This document shows positions 31,180-42,426 of a stretch of DNA of 64,000 bases, piece by piece. Position 1 is the first letter of the stretch, and every line of letters begins with the position of its first letter. This DNA comes from an uncultured Planctomycetota bacterium (GTDB lineage: Bacteria; Planctomycetota; Planctomycetia; Gemmatales; Gemmataceae), in contig CAWKHF010000001.1 in NCBI GenBank assembly GCA_963849325.1, forward strand, positions 128,001 to 192,000, given 5' to 3'. Below the pieces are notes generated by a model that made no database searches, was not told the DNA's origin, and saw only the letters and a program-made list of their open reading frames with translations. A program made the position numbers and the translations under genes.

Positions 31180-31753
31180 TGGGATGAACGTTTACGGATC
31201 GATAATCCAGCATAGGGAATTTACTCGCCGGGCGACATCCGGGTTTCAATTCGGAGCTCGCAGCATCAGCGAGGGAAGCCCGAAAAGACCAGAAGCCGGT
31301 GACTTGCGTCACCGGCTCGCAGGAAGGTGCTTCGGGAAGTGGGTCGTAGGCATGGGAGTGGGCCGCGGGAAACAGCCCGACAAGGTATTCGATGGCGAGA
31401 TTGGACAGCAAGTGCTGTGCCATAGCAAACGGTCGGCGACGGGATGCCGCCGTAAACGCTCATCTCCGCTGCCTTTGAGAAAAAGGAATGTCCATTCTGC
31501 CCGAAGGAGTAATCGGCGGATCGTGCAAGTTTTACTACGCGGCCCTGAAAGAAAGGAAAGCGTCGGGAATGTCGGTTCCGATTCGCGGCACCCTGGAGCC
31601 ACGAAGGCGCGGTTGATTTCGTGAAGCTTGCGAAGAAGTAATCCTCCCGCTCTTGCCTGCGGCCCTGGGTTGTGGCATTCTTACTATTGTCACGTTGATT
31701 GGGCGACAGCGTGACGTGGGCCGGCTCCTCTTCGGGGGAGCCGGCCTTTTTTT
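31180..31753 (+). ncRNA. Candidate structured, GGA-rich non-coding RNA (boundaries uncertain)
   Basis: No credible ORF; 17 GGA on + versus 6 on - in 31170-31600; several small hairpins; ends in an intrinsic terminator. Confidence 0.35.
31719..31753 (+). terminator. Rho-independent terminator
   Basis: GGCCGGCTCCTC-TTCG-GGGGAGCCGGCC followed by T7. Confidence 0.85.
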
Positions 31754-31981
31754 GCGCCGCGGCAACCCCTTCCAGCCCCCTGCCCAGACGGGAAGAGAGC
31801 TTCCCGACCGGCGTTCCCCAGCCCAGCGGGCCACGAGGACAAACGAGGGGAACGAACCGAATCCGTCCCCGCACCTCGTGAACTCCGCCGCACTGGTTCG
31901 ACTGTTACGCCGGAGCGGCTCGCTGTTAGAATGAGTCCTGCGGGGGAGAGGGGCGGTCGGCGCACCCGATGGGAGCGATCC

Positions 31982-32736
<755 letters not shown>

Positions 32737-32740
<4 letters not shown>

Positions 32741-34373
32741 ACGGCGCTCTCTGGCTGCTGATCGGGTTGCAACTGCGCGGCTGGCTGCGTTACCTGCTGC
32801 GGAGCCTGCGCACGCTCAAGGGAGCGCTGCTGGCCCTGGTCGGAGCGATGGTGTTTCTGCCGTGGCTGCTGTCGATCCTGCTGCGGCCGCGACCGGATGC
32901 CTGGCTCGCCGACGACCTGCGCGACTACGGGCCGGCCCTGCTGTTGCTCTACTGCTTCATGAACGTGGTCTTCTCGACCGGCGAACGGGCCATCTATTTT
33001 CCACCGGCCGAGGTGAATTTGCTGTTTCCCGGGCCGTTCAGTCGCCGGCAACTCTTGACCTACAAAACCGCCTCGACGCTGATCGTGGGCTTGCCGACGG
33101 CCCTATTCCTGAGTCTGGCCCTGCACGTACGTGCCTCCTGGTTCGCGGCGTCGTTCACGGCCATGCTGCTCATCGTGCTGTTCATGCAACTGTTCGGCCT
33201 GACGATCAATTTGCTCGCCGTCAGCGTCGGCGCGCGGCTGTACACGCGCGGCGCAAGCTCGTGCTGGCGGGGTCCGTGCTGCTCGGCGCGGCGCTGGTGC
33301 TGCAATTCGGCGGGCCGCCGGCGCAGTGGCAGCCGCGCGAGCTGCTTCGGCAAGCGCTGGCGACGCCCGCCTGGAAAACGGCGTCTCTGCCGCTGCGCTG
33401 GTTCTTCGACGCCTTCACGGCGACGCGCCTGTGGCCGGACCTGCTGGGATCGGCCGCCCTGGCGGCGCTGGTGGACCTGGCCCTGGTCGGCGTCGTCTTC
33501 GCCCTGGACGCGCAGTACCTGGAGGCGTCGGCGACGGCCAGCGCCCGCATCTACGCGCGCGTGCAGCGCCTGCGCCGTGGAGGCATCGGTTCGGGCGAAG
33601 GACTGTGGCGCGGCCTCACGGCGCGCCTGAGCCTGCCCATGCCACCGTCGCTGGGCGGCGTCGGCCCGATCGTGTGGCGGCAGCTGACGACGGCGCTGCG
33701 CGGAGCGGATCGGCTGCTCTTGCTGCTGCTCATCCTCGGCACCGCCCTGGCCGCGCCGATCCTGGCCAACCTGCACCAGGAGCAGGAGAACATGCTCCTC
33801 GTCCTGGGGCCGGTGGCCCTGTGGCTGACGCTGTTTCTGACGACGATGCTGCCCTTCGATTTCCGCGGCGACATCGATCGGCTGGCACTGCTGAAAACAC
33901 TGCCGCTGCCGGCCTGGCGCCTGGCGGTCGGCCAACTGCTGGCGCCGGTGTTGCTGATGACCGGCTTGCAGTGGTTGGGACTGATCGCGGTCGTCTGGGT
34001 GTCGCCGCCGGCCGAGTGGCTGCTGCCGACCTGCCTGGCATGTGCCCTCTACGTCGCCCCGATCAACTTCTTGTTGTTCGCCCTGGATAATCTGCTGTTT
34101 CTGCTGTTTCCGACGCGGCTGATGGCGGCGACGCCGGGCGACTTTCAGGCGCTGGGCCGCAACGTGCTGTTCATGGTGGCCAAGGCGACGGCGCTGTTCG
34201 TGGTGGCCGTGGCGGCGGGTGTCGTGGCCTGGGCGGCCTACCTCGTGACGGGACGGAACGAAGTGGCCGGCGCGGCGGCGTGGCCGGTCGTGCTGCTGTG
34301 CGCCGCCGCCCTGGTGCCGCTCGTCGCCTGGGCCTTCGTCCTCTTCGACGTCGGCCGCGATACGCCGGCGTAA
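32737..34373 (+). CDS. Putative ABC exporter membrane subunit (frameshift near 33250)
   Basis: ATGA overlap with the ATPase; many TM helices; FPPAEVNLLFPGPFSRRQLL, FDFRGDID. Confidence 0.8.
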
Positions 34374-34379
34374 GTTTGA

Positions 34380-34433
34380 TCCGAGCCGGAAGCGTAAGCG
34401 AAGAGCACTCTTCGCTTACGCTTCCGGCTCGGA
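34380..34433. repeat. Palindromic element, family A
   Basis: TCCGAGCCGGAAGCGTAAGCGAAGAG-CA-CTCTTCGCTTACGCTTCCGGCTCGGA. Confidence 0.9.
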
Positions 34434-34466
34434 AGAGTTTTGGCGGATCGCAAGGAGGAAGCCCGC

Positions 34467-36227
34467 ATGAAGGATTCATCTCCCCTCGGATCGCCGGCCT
34501 GGGTCTACAAACGCGACGGGCAGCTCGTGCCGTTCGACGCGGACAAGATCAGTCGGGCGCTGTTCGCCGTCACCGAGGACCTGGGTCGGCCCGATGCCTT
34601 CCTGGCCCGCGAACTGGCCGACGGTGTCGTCCACTTCCTTACCGCCGAGAGCGAAGAGGCCACGCCGACGACGGCACAGATTGCCGAGTTCGTCGTGAAG
34701 GTCGTGCGCGAGTTGGGGCAGCCGGCGCTGGCCGAGGCGTTCGCGCGCTGCGCCGCGCAGCGGCGGCGAACCGTCCCGCCCGCCGGCGCGACGGAGACGT
34801 CTCGGCCGGCGAGTCCGGCCGCGCCATCCGGTGAGGTCGTGCTGCGCTTCACGCCGGGGACGCCGCTGTCGCGGATCGTTCCTGCCTGCGTGCGCGACTA
34901 CACGTTGCAGACGGTGTACACCCGCGATCTGGTGGCGGCGCAGGCAGCGGGGCTGCTGACACTGACAGGGCTGGATACGCCGAACGAGTTGGCCGGCTGC
35001 GTGCTGGGGCCGCCTCTCGATCCGGACCCCGGCCCGATTGCCGCCCTCGAGGAATTGCGTCGCTTCGCGGGCCACTTCGTGGTACTGGATGGCCCGGAGC
35101 ACCTTCTGGCGATAGACGAACGGCCGGACGTGAAGGAGTTCGCGCGCGACCTGGCGATTGGCCTGCGCCTGACGGGGTTGCTCGGAGTCATCAATCTCAA
35201 CAGTGCCGCGCCGCCGTCGTGGGCGGGCGATCTGGCCGAAGGCCCTCTGTTCGCGGCCCGGCAGCGAGCGGCGCGGGCCGAATCCTTGCAGCCGCTGGCG
35301 GATAGGCTTGTCGAAGAACTACTGCGTCCTTCGCACTCCATCCCGTGCGCAGGCCGGGTGCGCATCGACTGGCACCTGGGCGAGTTGGACTTCACGGCGC
35401 CGCCAGCGCCACGCGAACGCCTGCAGCGGTTGGCGCGGTTGGCCCTGGAGGGCGCGTCGCTGGGCTTCGTCTTCGATCGGCCGCGCCGGCCGACGGCCCT
35501 GGCCGAGGGCGTGGACCGGCAGCACCCGGCCGTCCTGCTGACGGTCGGCGTCCACCTGCCGCGCCTGGCGACGCAGCCGGGCATCGACGGCGATCCCTCC
35601 AAGTTCCTGGCGAAGCTCGGCAGCCTGGCCCGCCTGGCCCTCAGCGCCGGCGTGCAGAAGCGCGAGTACCTCCGCCGTCTCGAACGCGGCCGACCGCGCA
35701 CCGGGTCGGACGGCCCGGCCGTCACCAACGGCTTTCTGCTCGACCGGGCGCGCCTGGTCGTCGCCCCGGTGGGGCTGGACGGCGTCGTCTCGTCGTTCCA
35801 CAAGAAGGGTCTGAGTGGCGGCGGGGCGGCCCTCGATTTCGGGCGGCAGATCGTCCAACGCCTGCGCGACGTGCTGCGTCAGGACGGCCGCAACGCTCAC
35901 CTGGATACCTGTGTGGATGGGCCGTTCGGCTTTCGGCTCGTCGAGGCGGCGGACACGGCGGGATGCGAATGGCCGGCGGCCGAGGAGACGGCGGGCCTGA
36001 CCGCGTGGGATGCGACGGCGGCGCTCAAGGGACAGCTGCGCTCGGCCGGCGTCCTGCAAGGCGTGGCCGAGCACGGTACGCTCGCCCTGTTCCTCCCCGA
36101 GGAGCGGCCGCCGATGCCCGAGCAGGTCGCGGAGTGGCTGCACACGGCCTGGCAGCAGACCGATGTGGTGCGCCTGCGCCTGGTTCGCGGAGCGGTCCCG
36201 TCTCGACAACTGACGTTTGCCTCGTAG
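34467..36227 (+). CDS. ATP-cone domain fused to a degenerate anaerobic (class III, NrdD-like) ribonucleotide reductase fold
   Basis: AAGGAGG RBS; ATP-cone VYKRDGQLVPFDADKISRAL; NrdD-like blocks DLVAAQAAGLLTLTGLD, TVGVHLPRLA, VAPVGLDGVV, ALDFGRQIVQRLR; no glycyl-radical motif. Confidence 0.7.
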   Translation: MKDSSPLGSPAWVYKRDGQLVPFDADKISRALFAVTEDLGRPDAFLARELADGVVHFLTAESEEATPTTAQIAEFVVKVVRELGQPALAEAFARCAAQRRRTVPPAGATETSRPASPAAPSGEVVLRFTPGTPLSRIVPACVRDYTLQTVYTRDLVAAQAAGLLTLTGLDTPNELAGCVLGPPLDPDPGPIAALEELRRFAGHFVVLDGPEHLLAIDERPDVKEFARDLAIGLRLTGLLGVINLNSAAPPSWAGDLAEGPLFAARQRAARAESLQPLADRLVEELLRPSHSIPCAGRVRIDWHLGELDFTAPPAPRERLQRLARLALEGASLGFVFDRPRRPTALAEGVDRQHPAVLLTVGVHLPRLATQPGIDGDPSKFLAKLGSLARLALSAGVQKREYLRRLERGRPRTGSDGPAVTNGFLLDRARLVVAPVGLDGVVSSFHKKGLSGGGAALDFGRQIVQRLRDVLRQDGRNAHLDTCVDGPFGFRLVEAADTAGCEWPAAEETAGLTAWDATAALKGQLRSAGVLQGVAEHGTLALFLPEERPPMPEQVAEWLHTAWQQTDVVRLRLVRGAVPSRQLTFAS

Positions 36228-36246
36228 GAAGCGTCGAGCCATTCCT

Positions 36247-36301
36247 TCCGAGCCTGAAGCGTAAGCGAAGAGATGCTCTTCGCTTACGCTTCAGGCTCGG
36301 A
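36247..36301. repeat. Palindromic element, family A
   Basis: TCCGAGCCTGAAGCGTAAGCGAAGAG...CTCTTCGCTTACGCTTCAGGCTCGGA. Confidence 0.9.
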
Positions 36302-36340
36302 TAACAACCGTTTGTCCGTTTGCTCGAAGCCGCCAGCGGC

Positions 36341-37577
36341 TCACTGGCTATGTCGTATCAGCAGAATCAGGTTGACGAGGAAGCTCAGCCCCAGAAGTCC
36401 GCCGAGGATGGCGATCCACATCCAGGCGTTCGCCGGGCCGGATGGGGCGGCCGGCGTCTCCTCCTCGTCGGTGTCGCCCTGGCCCAGCGCCGCCAGGGTC
36501 GAGGCCTCGATGCGCTGGCGGGCCAGCTTCGGCGCCTCGCCGGAAAGAAGACATTCCAGATCGATAATCAGATCGTCGGCCTTGCGGTAGCGGCGACGCC
36601 GGTCCTTGGCCATGAGAAATTCGACCACTTCGCCCAGCCCGGAAGACAGCGACTGATTGAGGTGGTCCGGCGGCGTCAGCTCCTCCTCGACGTGGGCCAG
36701 CAGGACGCGGTCGATCTCCTCGTAGTGGAACGGCGGATGGCCGGTGACCATGTGATACAGCGTCGCGCCCAGCGAATACAGATCGGCCCGTCCATCGATG
36801 TCTTCGCGTCCGCGGATCTGCTCCGGGGCGATGTAATAGGGCGTGCCGATGGTCAGGCCCTTCTCGCGGCGAGCCAGCACGGCGTCGGCCGTCTCGCGCG
36901 CCATGCCCAGGTCGGCCAGCTTGGCGATGCCGTCGGCCGTCAGCACGATGTTGGCCGGCTTGACGTCGCGGTGGATCAGGCCGCGGCGATGCGCGTGCTG
37001 CAACGCCTGGGCGATTTGCAGGATGATCTCGATCGCCTCGCGCTCGGGGTAGATCTTGCCCCCCTCCAGGATTTGCCGGATCGTCTGGCCCTCGACCAGC
37101 TCCATGACGAAGTAGTGCAGCGGCCCGGCCGAGCCGACGTCGATGGCCTGGATCATGTTGTTGTGGCTGAGGCGAGCGGCCAGGTGCGCCTCGCGCGTCA
37201 GGCGCTGCAAGAACTCGGGGTTGGCGGCCAGGCGCGGATGCAGCACCTTGACGGCCACCAGGCGGTTCATGCTCAGTTGCCGCGACTTGTAGACGGTGCC
37301 CATCGCTCCCTGGCCGAGCTTCTCCAGCAGTTGATAGCCGGGAATCTGCTGGCCCAGGAGCGCCTCCAGTTCCTTGCCGGCGCTGGGCCTGGTTGGCGGT
37401 CAGGTAGCCGGCCGCGACCAGGCGCGACAGCAGAGCGTCGGGACCGGCGTCGCCGCCGGCGGCCGGCCGACAGCTCTGCGCCTCCTCCCGCGTCAGCAGA
37501 CCGCGGCTGATGAGCGCGTGCGCCAGTCGCTCTTCGTCCACGCGAGCGCTCCCGTCCGAACGCGGCGCCTCGGCCAT
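36341..37577 (-). CDS. Ser/Thr protein kinase with C-terminal TM helix (frameshift near 37380)
   Basis: GQGAMG, VAVK, HRDVKPAN, DLG, GTPYYIAPE; terminal TM. Confidence 0.9.
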
Positions 37578-37829
37578 GTCCCGGCTCCTTGACACCTATT
37601 CCCTTCTCCACCGCTTTGGAGAGAAGGACCAAAGACAACACCCGATTTCTTCCACCAAACTTCACGGTCGGCTCGCGCCGGCGCGGCAGCCTGTTCTTGC
37701 ATGCTCTTCCATTAGCCTGTTAGTATAGAGAAAACTTGAACCCGATTCCGCGCCGGCGCCTCGATACCATTAGATCGTGCCGAGGCCGGCCGAATCGGTC
37801 GGGCGCGACACCGGGAGAAAGGGAGCCTC

Positions 37830-38465
37830 ATGCACTCCAGTTCCACGACCGCCTTGGACGCCAGTGTCCTGGTCCTGAACAAACTGTTCATGGCCATTCA
37901 CATTATTTCCGTGCGGCGGGCCTTCTGCCTGCTGTGCAAGGACCTGGCCGAGGTGGTCAGCCTGGAAGACGGCCAATTCACCACCTACGATTTCGCCACC
38001 TGGCGCGAGGTCAGCGAATACCGCGCTCGCAACTTCCGCCAAGAGGACGACGACTGGGTCCGCACCGTCAGCTGCGAGATCCAGGTGCCGCGGGTCATCC
38101 GCCTGATGGACTACGACCGTCTGCCCAAGCAGACGGTGAAGTTCAATCGCCGCAATATCTTCGCCCGCGATAACAACCAGTGCCAGTTCTGCGGCAAGAA
38201 ATTTCCGACCTCGGAGCTGAGCCTGGACCACGTGCTGCCGCGCAGCCAGGGCGGCGCCAGCACCTGGGAGAACATCGTCTGCGCCTGTGTCAATTGCAAC
38301 GTCAAAAAGGGCGGCCGGACGCCGAAGGAGGCGCACATGCACCTCATCCGCAAGCCGGAGAAGCCCAAGCGCAGCCCGCTGCTCAACCTCAAACTGACGC
38401 ACAGCAAGTACCAGTCGTGGAAGACGTTCCTCGAAAACGCCTACTGGTCGGTCGAGCTGAAGTAG
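37830..38465 (+). CDS. HNH endonuclease (McrA-like)
   Basis: RRNIFARDNNQCQFCG, LDHVLPRSQGG, WENIVCACVNCNVKKG. Confidence 0.92.
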   Translation: MHSSSTTALDASVLVLNKLFMAIHIISVRRAFCLLCKDLAEVVSLEDGQFTTYDFATWREVSEYRARNFRQEDDDWVRTVSCEIQVPRVIRLMDYDRLPKQTVKFNRRNIFARDNNQCQFCGKKFPTSELSLDHVLPRSQGGASTWENIVCACVNCNVKKGGRTPKEAHMHLIRKPEKPKRSPLLNLKLTHSKYQSWKTFLENAYWSVELK

Positions 38466-38553
38466 CGTGGCCGCCGATGCCCATGCCGCTCTGGCCTGAA
38501 GCGGCTCAAGGACCTTCTCGCCGTCCTGCCCAGCGGACTGGAAGGAATTGGAC

Positions 38554-41500
38554 ATGGCAAGTGGCAGTTCCGGCAAGTACGCCCTGCTGGCCCGACTGGC
38601 CGACGAGTTCATGGCCCGCTACCGGCGCGGCGAACCCCCGTCCTTACAGGAGTACCTCGACCGCTATCCCGACCTGGCCGACGACATCCGCGAACTGTTC
38701 CCGGCGATGGTCGAGATCGAGCGAACCAAGCAGGACCGCCGCGAGGACAAGGAGCCTCCCGCCGCGGACCACGCGACGGCGACGCCGGACCAGGTCGGCG
38801 ATTATCGCATCCTCCGCACGGTTGGCCACGGCGGCATGGGCATCGTCTACGAGGCCGAGCAGGTCGCGCTCGGCCGGCGTGTCGCCCTCAAGATGCTGCC
38901 GCCGAACTTGCTGCCGGATGAACGGCACAAACGCCGTTTCGAGCGCGAGGCCCGGGCGGCCGCCCGGTTGCACCACACCAACATCGTGCCCGTCTTCGGC
39001 ATCGGCGAACACGACGGCACCCCCTTCTACGTCATGCAGTTCATCCAGGGACTGGGACTGGATGAGGTGCTCAGCGAGCTAAAACGTCTGCAAGGGGAGA
39101 GTGACGCGGCCGCGCGTCTGGGCGAAAGGGAGCCTGGGACGTCGCCGCGCGACGTGTCGGCCGCGGACGTCGCCCGTTCCTTGCTCGCGGGGCAGTATCG
39201 GCCTCCCCTCGACGCGACCGTGGCGGCGTCCTCCGGCGCCTCGGACGACCCGTCTCCCTCCGCGTTTGTCCTTCGCTCCGATTCGGCCGCGCCTTCATCC
39301 TCCTCGGTGGCGCTGCCGGGACAGGGGGAAGACGAACGCCAGCCGCGCACGCGGAAGGCGACGTACTGGGAAAGCGTCGGCGCATCGGCGTGCAAGTGGC
39401 CGACGCCCTCGATCACGCGCACCGGCAAGGCATCTTGCACCGCGACATCAAGCCGTCCAACCTTCTGCTGGACACGCGGGGCATCGTCTGGGTGACCGAC
39501 TTCGGCCTGGCCAAGACGGACGATCGCCAGGACCTAACGCATCCCGGCGACCTCCTCGGCACTCTGCGCTACATGCCCCCGGAGGCGTTCGAGGGCCGAG
39601 TCGACGCCCGCGGCGATGTCTACGCGCTGGGGCTGACGCTGTATGAATTGCTGGCCTTTCGGCCGGCCTTCGACGAGAGGGACCGGCCGAAACTCATCAA
39701 GCAGGTCACGAGCACGGAGCCGACCCGCTTGCGGATGCTCAATCCGCGGGTGCCGCGCGACCTGGAGACGATCGTCCACAAGGCGATCGACCGCGACCCG
39801 AGCCGGCGCTACAGTACGGCCGGCGAGTTGGCCGCCGACCTGCAACGCTTCATCGACGATCGACCGATCCGGGCCCGGCGCGTTCGTGCCCTGGAGCAGC
39901 TGGGGCGCTGGTGCCGGCACAACCGAGCGGTGGCCGGTTTGCTGCTGTCGGTCGTGGCGCTGCTGGCCGTGCTCGCCGCCGGCGGGACCATCACCTCCTT
40001 TCGGCTCGAGTCGCACCTGACGCGCGCGGAGACGGCGGAGCGGGATGCGCGGAAGAGGGAGTTCGAGGCCCTGGTGGCGCAGGCCAAGGCGGGCCGCTTC
40101 AGCCGACGCAAGGGGCAACGCTTCGACACCCTCCAGGCCGTCCGCGAGGCGCTGACCCTGCTGCCGGAGCTGGAACTGCCGGAGGAAGAGCAGAGGCGGC
40201 ACCGCGACGAACTGCGCAACCTGGCGATCTCCGCACTCATCCTGCCGGACCTGCATCTGCGCCGCCAAGTGCCGCGCCCGAGCGAGCGCTACAGCTATCA
40301 GGCCCAGAGCGAAGGAAGCTCCTATCTGGACAGCAACGCGCGGGGCGATGTCCTGCTGTTCCGGGCCGCCGATCACCAGGAAATCGCCCGGCTGCCCGGA
40401 GAGGGACAGGTCACGCCGGTCACGTTCAATCCGTTGAATGAAAACCTTGTCTGGGTCTATCGGCCCGAGGGCGAGGGTTATCGACTGCTGGAGTGGGACC
40501 CCGCCACGGGCCGGACGCGGGTGCTGGTGGAGCAGAGCGTTGGCCGGAATGGCGCCTCCGTCAACCTGAACCTGACCCGCTGGGCCATCGCCAACGACAA
40601 CAAAGGCGTCCTCGAATGTCGGGAGCTGCCGTCGTTCCGGCTGTTGCGGCTGCTCGCGGTCGGCAAGGGGGACATTCGCCATGCCCTGTCCCCGGATGGC
40701 CGGCAGGTAGCGGTCGTGACCGGCCTGTACGGCGAGCGCAGCACGCGCAACTGCGCGTGTATGACCTGGAAACGGGAGACCGAATCGCCGAGCTACCGCA
40801 TACCAACGGCGTGTCCATGGCCGAATGGATGCCGGACGGCCGAACCCTGCTTGTCGCCTGCATCGATACCAACGAGATCTTTCTGTGGGACGTACCGTCT
40901 CGGAAGGTGCTGCGCGTGTTCGACCGGCAGAAGGGGGGAGCGCCGTCCATCGCGTTGAACCGCACCGGCGAACTGCTGGCCAGCACGGCACTCTGGTCGG
41001 GCGGCATGCGCTTGTGGCACCCCGGCACGGGGCAAGAGTTGCTGAGCATCCCCGATACGAGCATGGTCGCTTACCGGCCGTTCTGGGGCACCATGCTGGA
41101 GGCCCAGCTCTTTCGCCGCGAGGAGGAGCATCACGAGGTCTGGGAGATCGTGCCCGGTCGAGAGTATCGCACGCTGACGCACCGTCCGAACGAAGCCGCG
41201 CCGGAGTTCCGCGGCATCAGCGTCAGCCCGGATGGCCGGCTGGTCGCCGCGGGCGTTCGAGAAGGCGCGGCGATCTGGGACCTGGTCCGCGGCGAGGAGC
41301 GGGCGGTGCTGCGCGTCGGCCGAAGCAGCGTCTGGTTCGAGCCGGTCTCCGGCGACCTGTTCACCAACGGCTCGGGCCGCCTGCTGCGCTGGCCGGTCGC
41401 CGCGCCGTCGCCGGAGGAACGGCGCTTCGGACCTCCTCAGATCTGGAACAACGAGGGCCATTTCGACAGCGCCGTCCGCGGCAGCCGCGACGGCAAGACC

Positions 41501-42181
41501 ATTGCCGTGTCGGGATGGCCGGGCCTGCACCCCCTGGTGTTCCATGCGGAGACGCCCCGGAAGCCGATTCGGTTGGGGCCTTTCGCGGAGGTGCGAACCG
41601 TGGACGTCAGCCCGGATGGCCGCTGGGTCGTCACACCCAGCTTTGAAGGCTCGAAGGTCGCCATCTGGGATGCCCGTACCGGAGAACGGATTCATCAATT
41701 GGTGACGACCCGCTTGAACAGTGCCTGCTTCAGTCCCGACGGTCGCTGGCTGGCCGTCCTCTGGTTCGACGGCTTGACGATCTGGGAGGTGGAGACCTGG
41801 CGAGAAGTACGAAAGATCCCGCCCCCCTGGTGGTGGGTAGGGCGACTGACTTTTTCCCCGGATAGCCGGTTGCTGGCCTTCGAGAGCGGGCGGGGGATGA
41901 TCCGCTTGGTGGACCCGTCCACCGGCGTGGACCTGGCCGTGTTGGAAGACCCCAATCAGGATCGCGCCGGTTTCATGACCTTCAGCCCCGACGGCACCCA
42001 ACTCATCGTCGCCAGCAACGACAGCCAGACGATCCACGTCTGGAACCTGCGGGCCATCCGCCGCCAACTCGTCGAGCTGGACCTGGACTGGGCGATCCCG
42101 TCTTATCCGCCGGCGCCGCAGCCGCCGCTCCGGGCCATAGGCCCGCCGCTGCTGCAAATCCGGGTGGACCCGGGCAAGTAG
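38554..42181 (+). CDS. Planctomycete-type Ser/Thr kinase with WD40 repeats (frameshifts near 39385 and 40740)
   Basis: ADEFMARYRRGE.P...YLDRYPDL N-terminus, GHGGMG, HRDIKPSN, DFG, TM, repeated SPDG WD40 blades. Confidence 0.9.
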
Positions 42182-42198
42182 GAAAACGACCAAAAGCC

Positions 42199-42292
42199 AA
42201 CCGAGCCGCGACCGTCAGGGAGCGGTTCGGTCTGAAATAGAGAGCGGGGAATGGAATGTCCTTACGCGGCTCCCTGACGGGACGGCGGTTTG
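42199..42292. repeat. Degenerate palindromic element (GAGCCGCGACCGTCAGGGAGCG family)
   Basis: CCGTCAGGGAGC...GCTCCCTGACGG arms. Confidence 0.7.
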
Positions 42293-42426
42293 TCATCCCG
42301 CCAGGGAGTTTGTGTTTGCCAAGGATCGATTGTCAAAAAGATTGTGGAGAGTTTTCTCGGCGGTTATGGTGAAGATCCTGGACGAGGAGGCCGAGGAAGT
42401 TTCGCAGGCTGAGTCGGAGAACGCCC

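Noticed and set aside
31153-31423. 90-aa N-terminal extension of the second redoxin gene shown in the ORF track
   Set aside because: Signal peptide and GGAG RBS fit the ATG at 31153; the extension has atypical composition
31184-31640. Small + strand ORFs (146 aa; 43 aa from 31488; a CPFCP fragment)
   Set aside because: No recognisable family or typical codon bias; cannot be fully excluded given the indel rate
31150-31980. tRNA, tmRNA or RNase P RNA in the long intergenic region
   Set aside because: No cloverleaf/CCA end and no GAGGAAAGTCC signature; GGTTCGA near 31895 lacks a T-stem context
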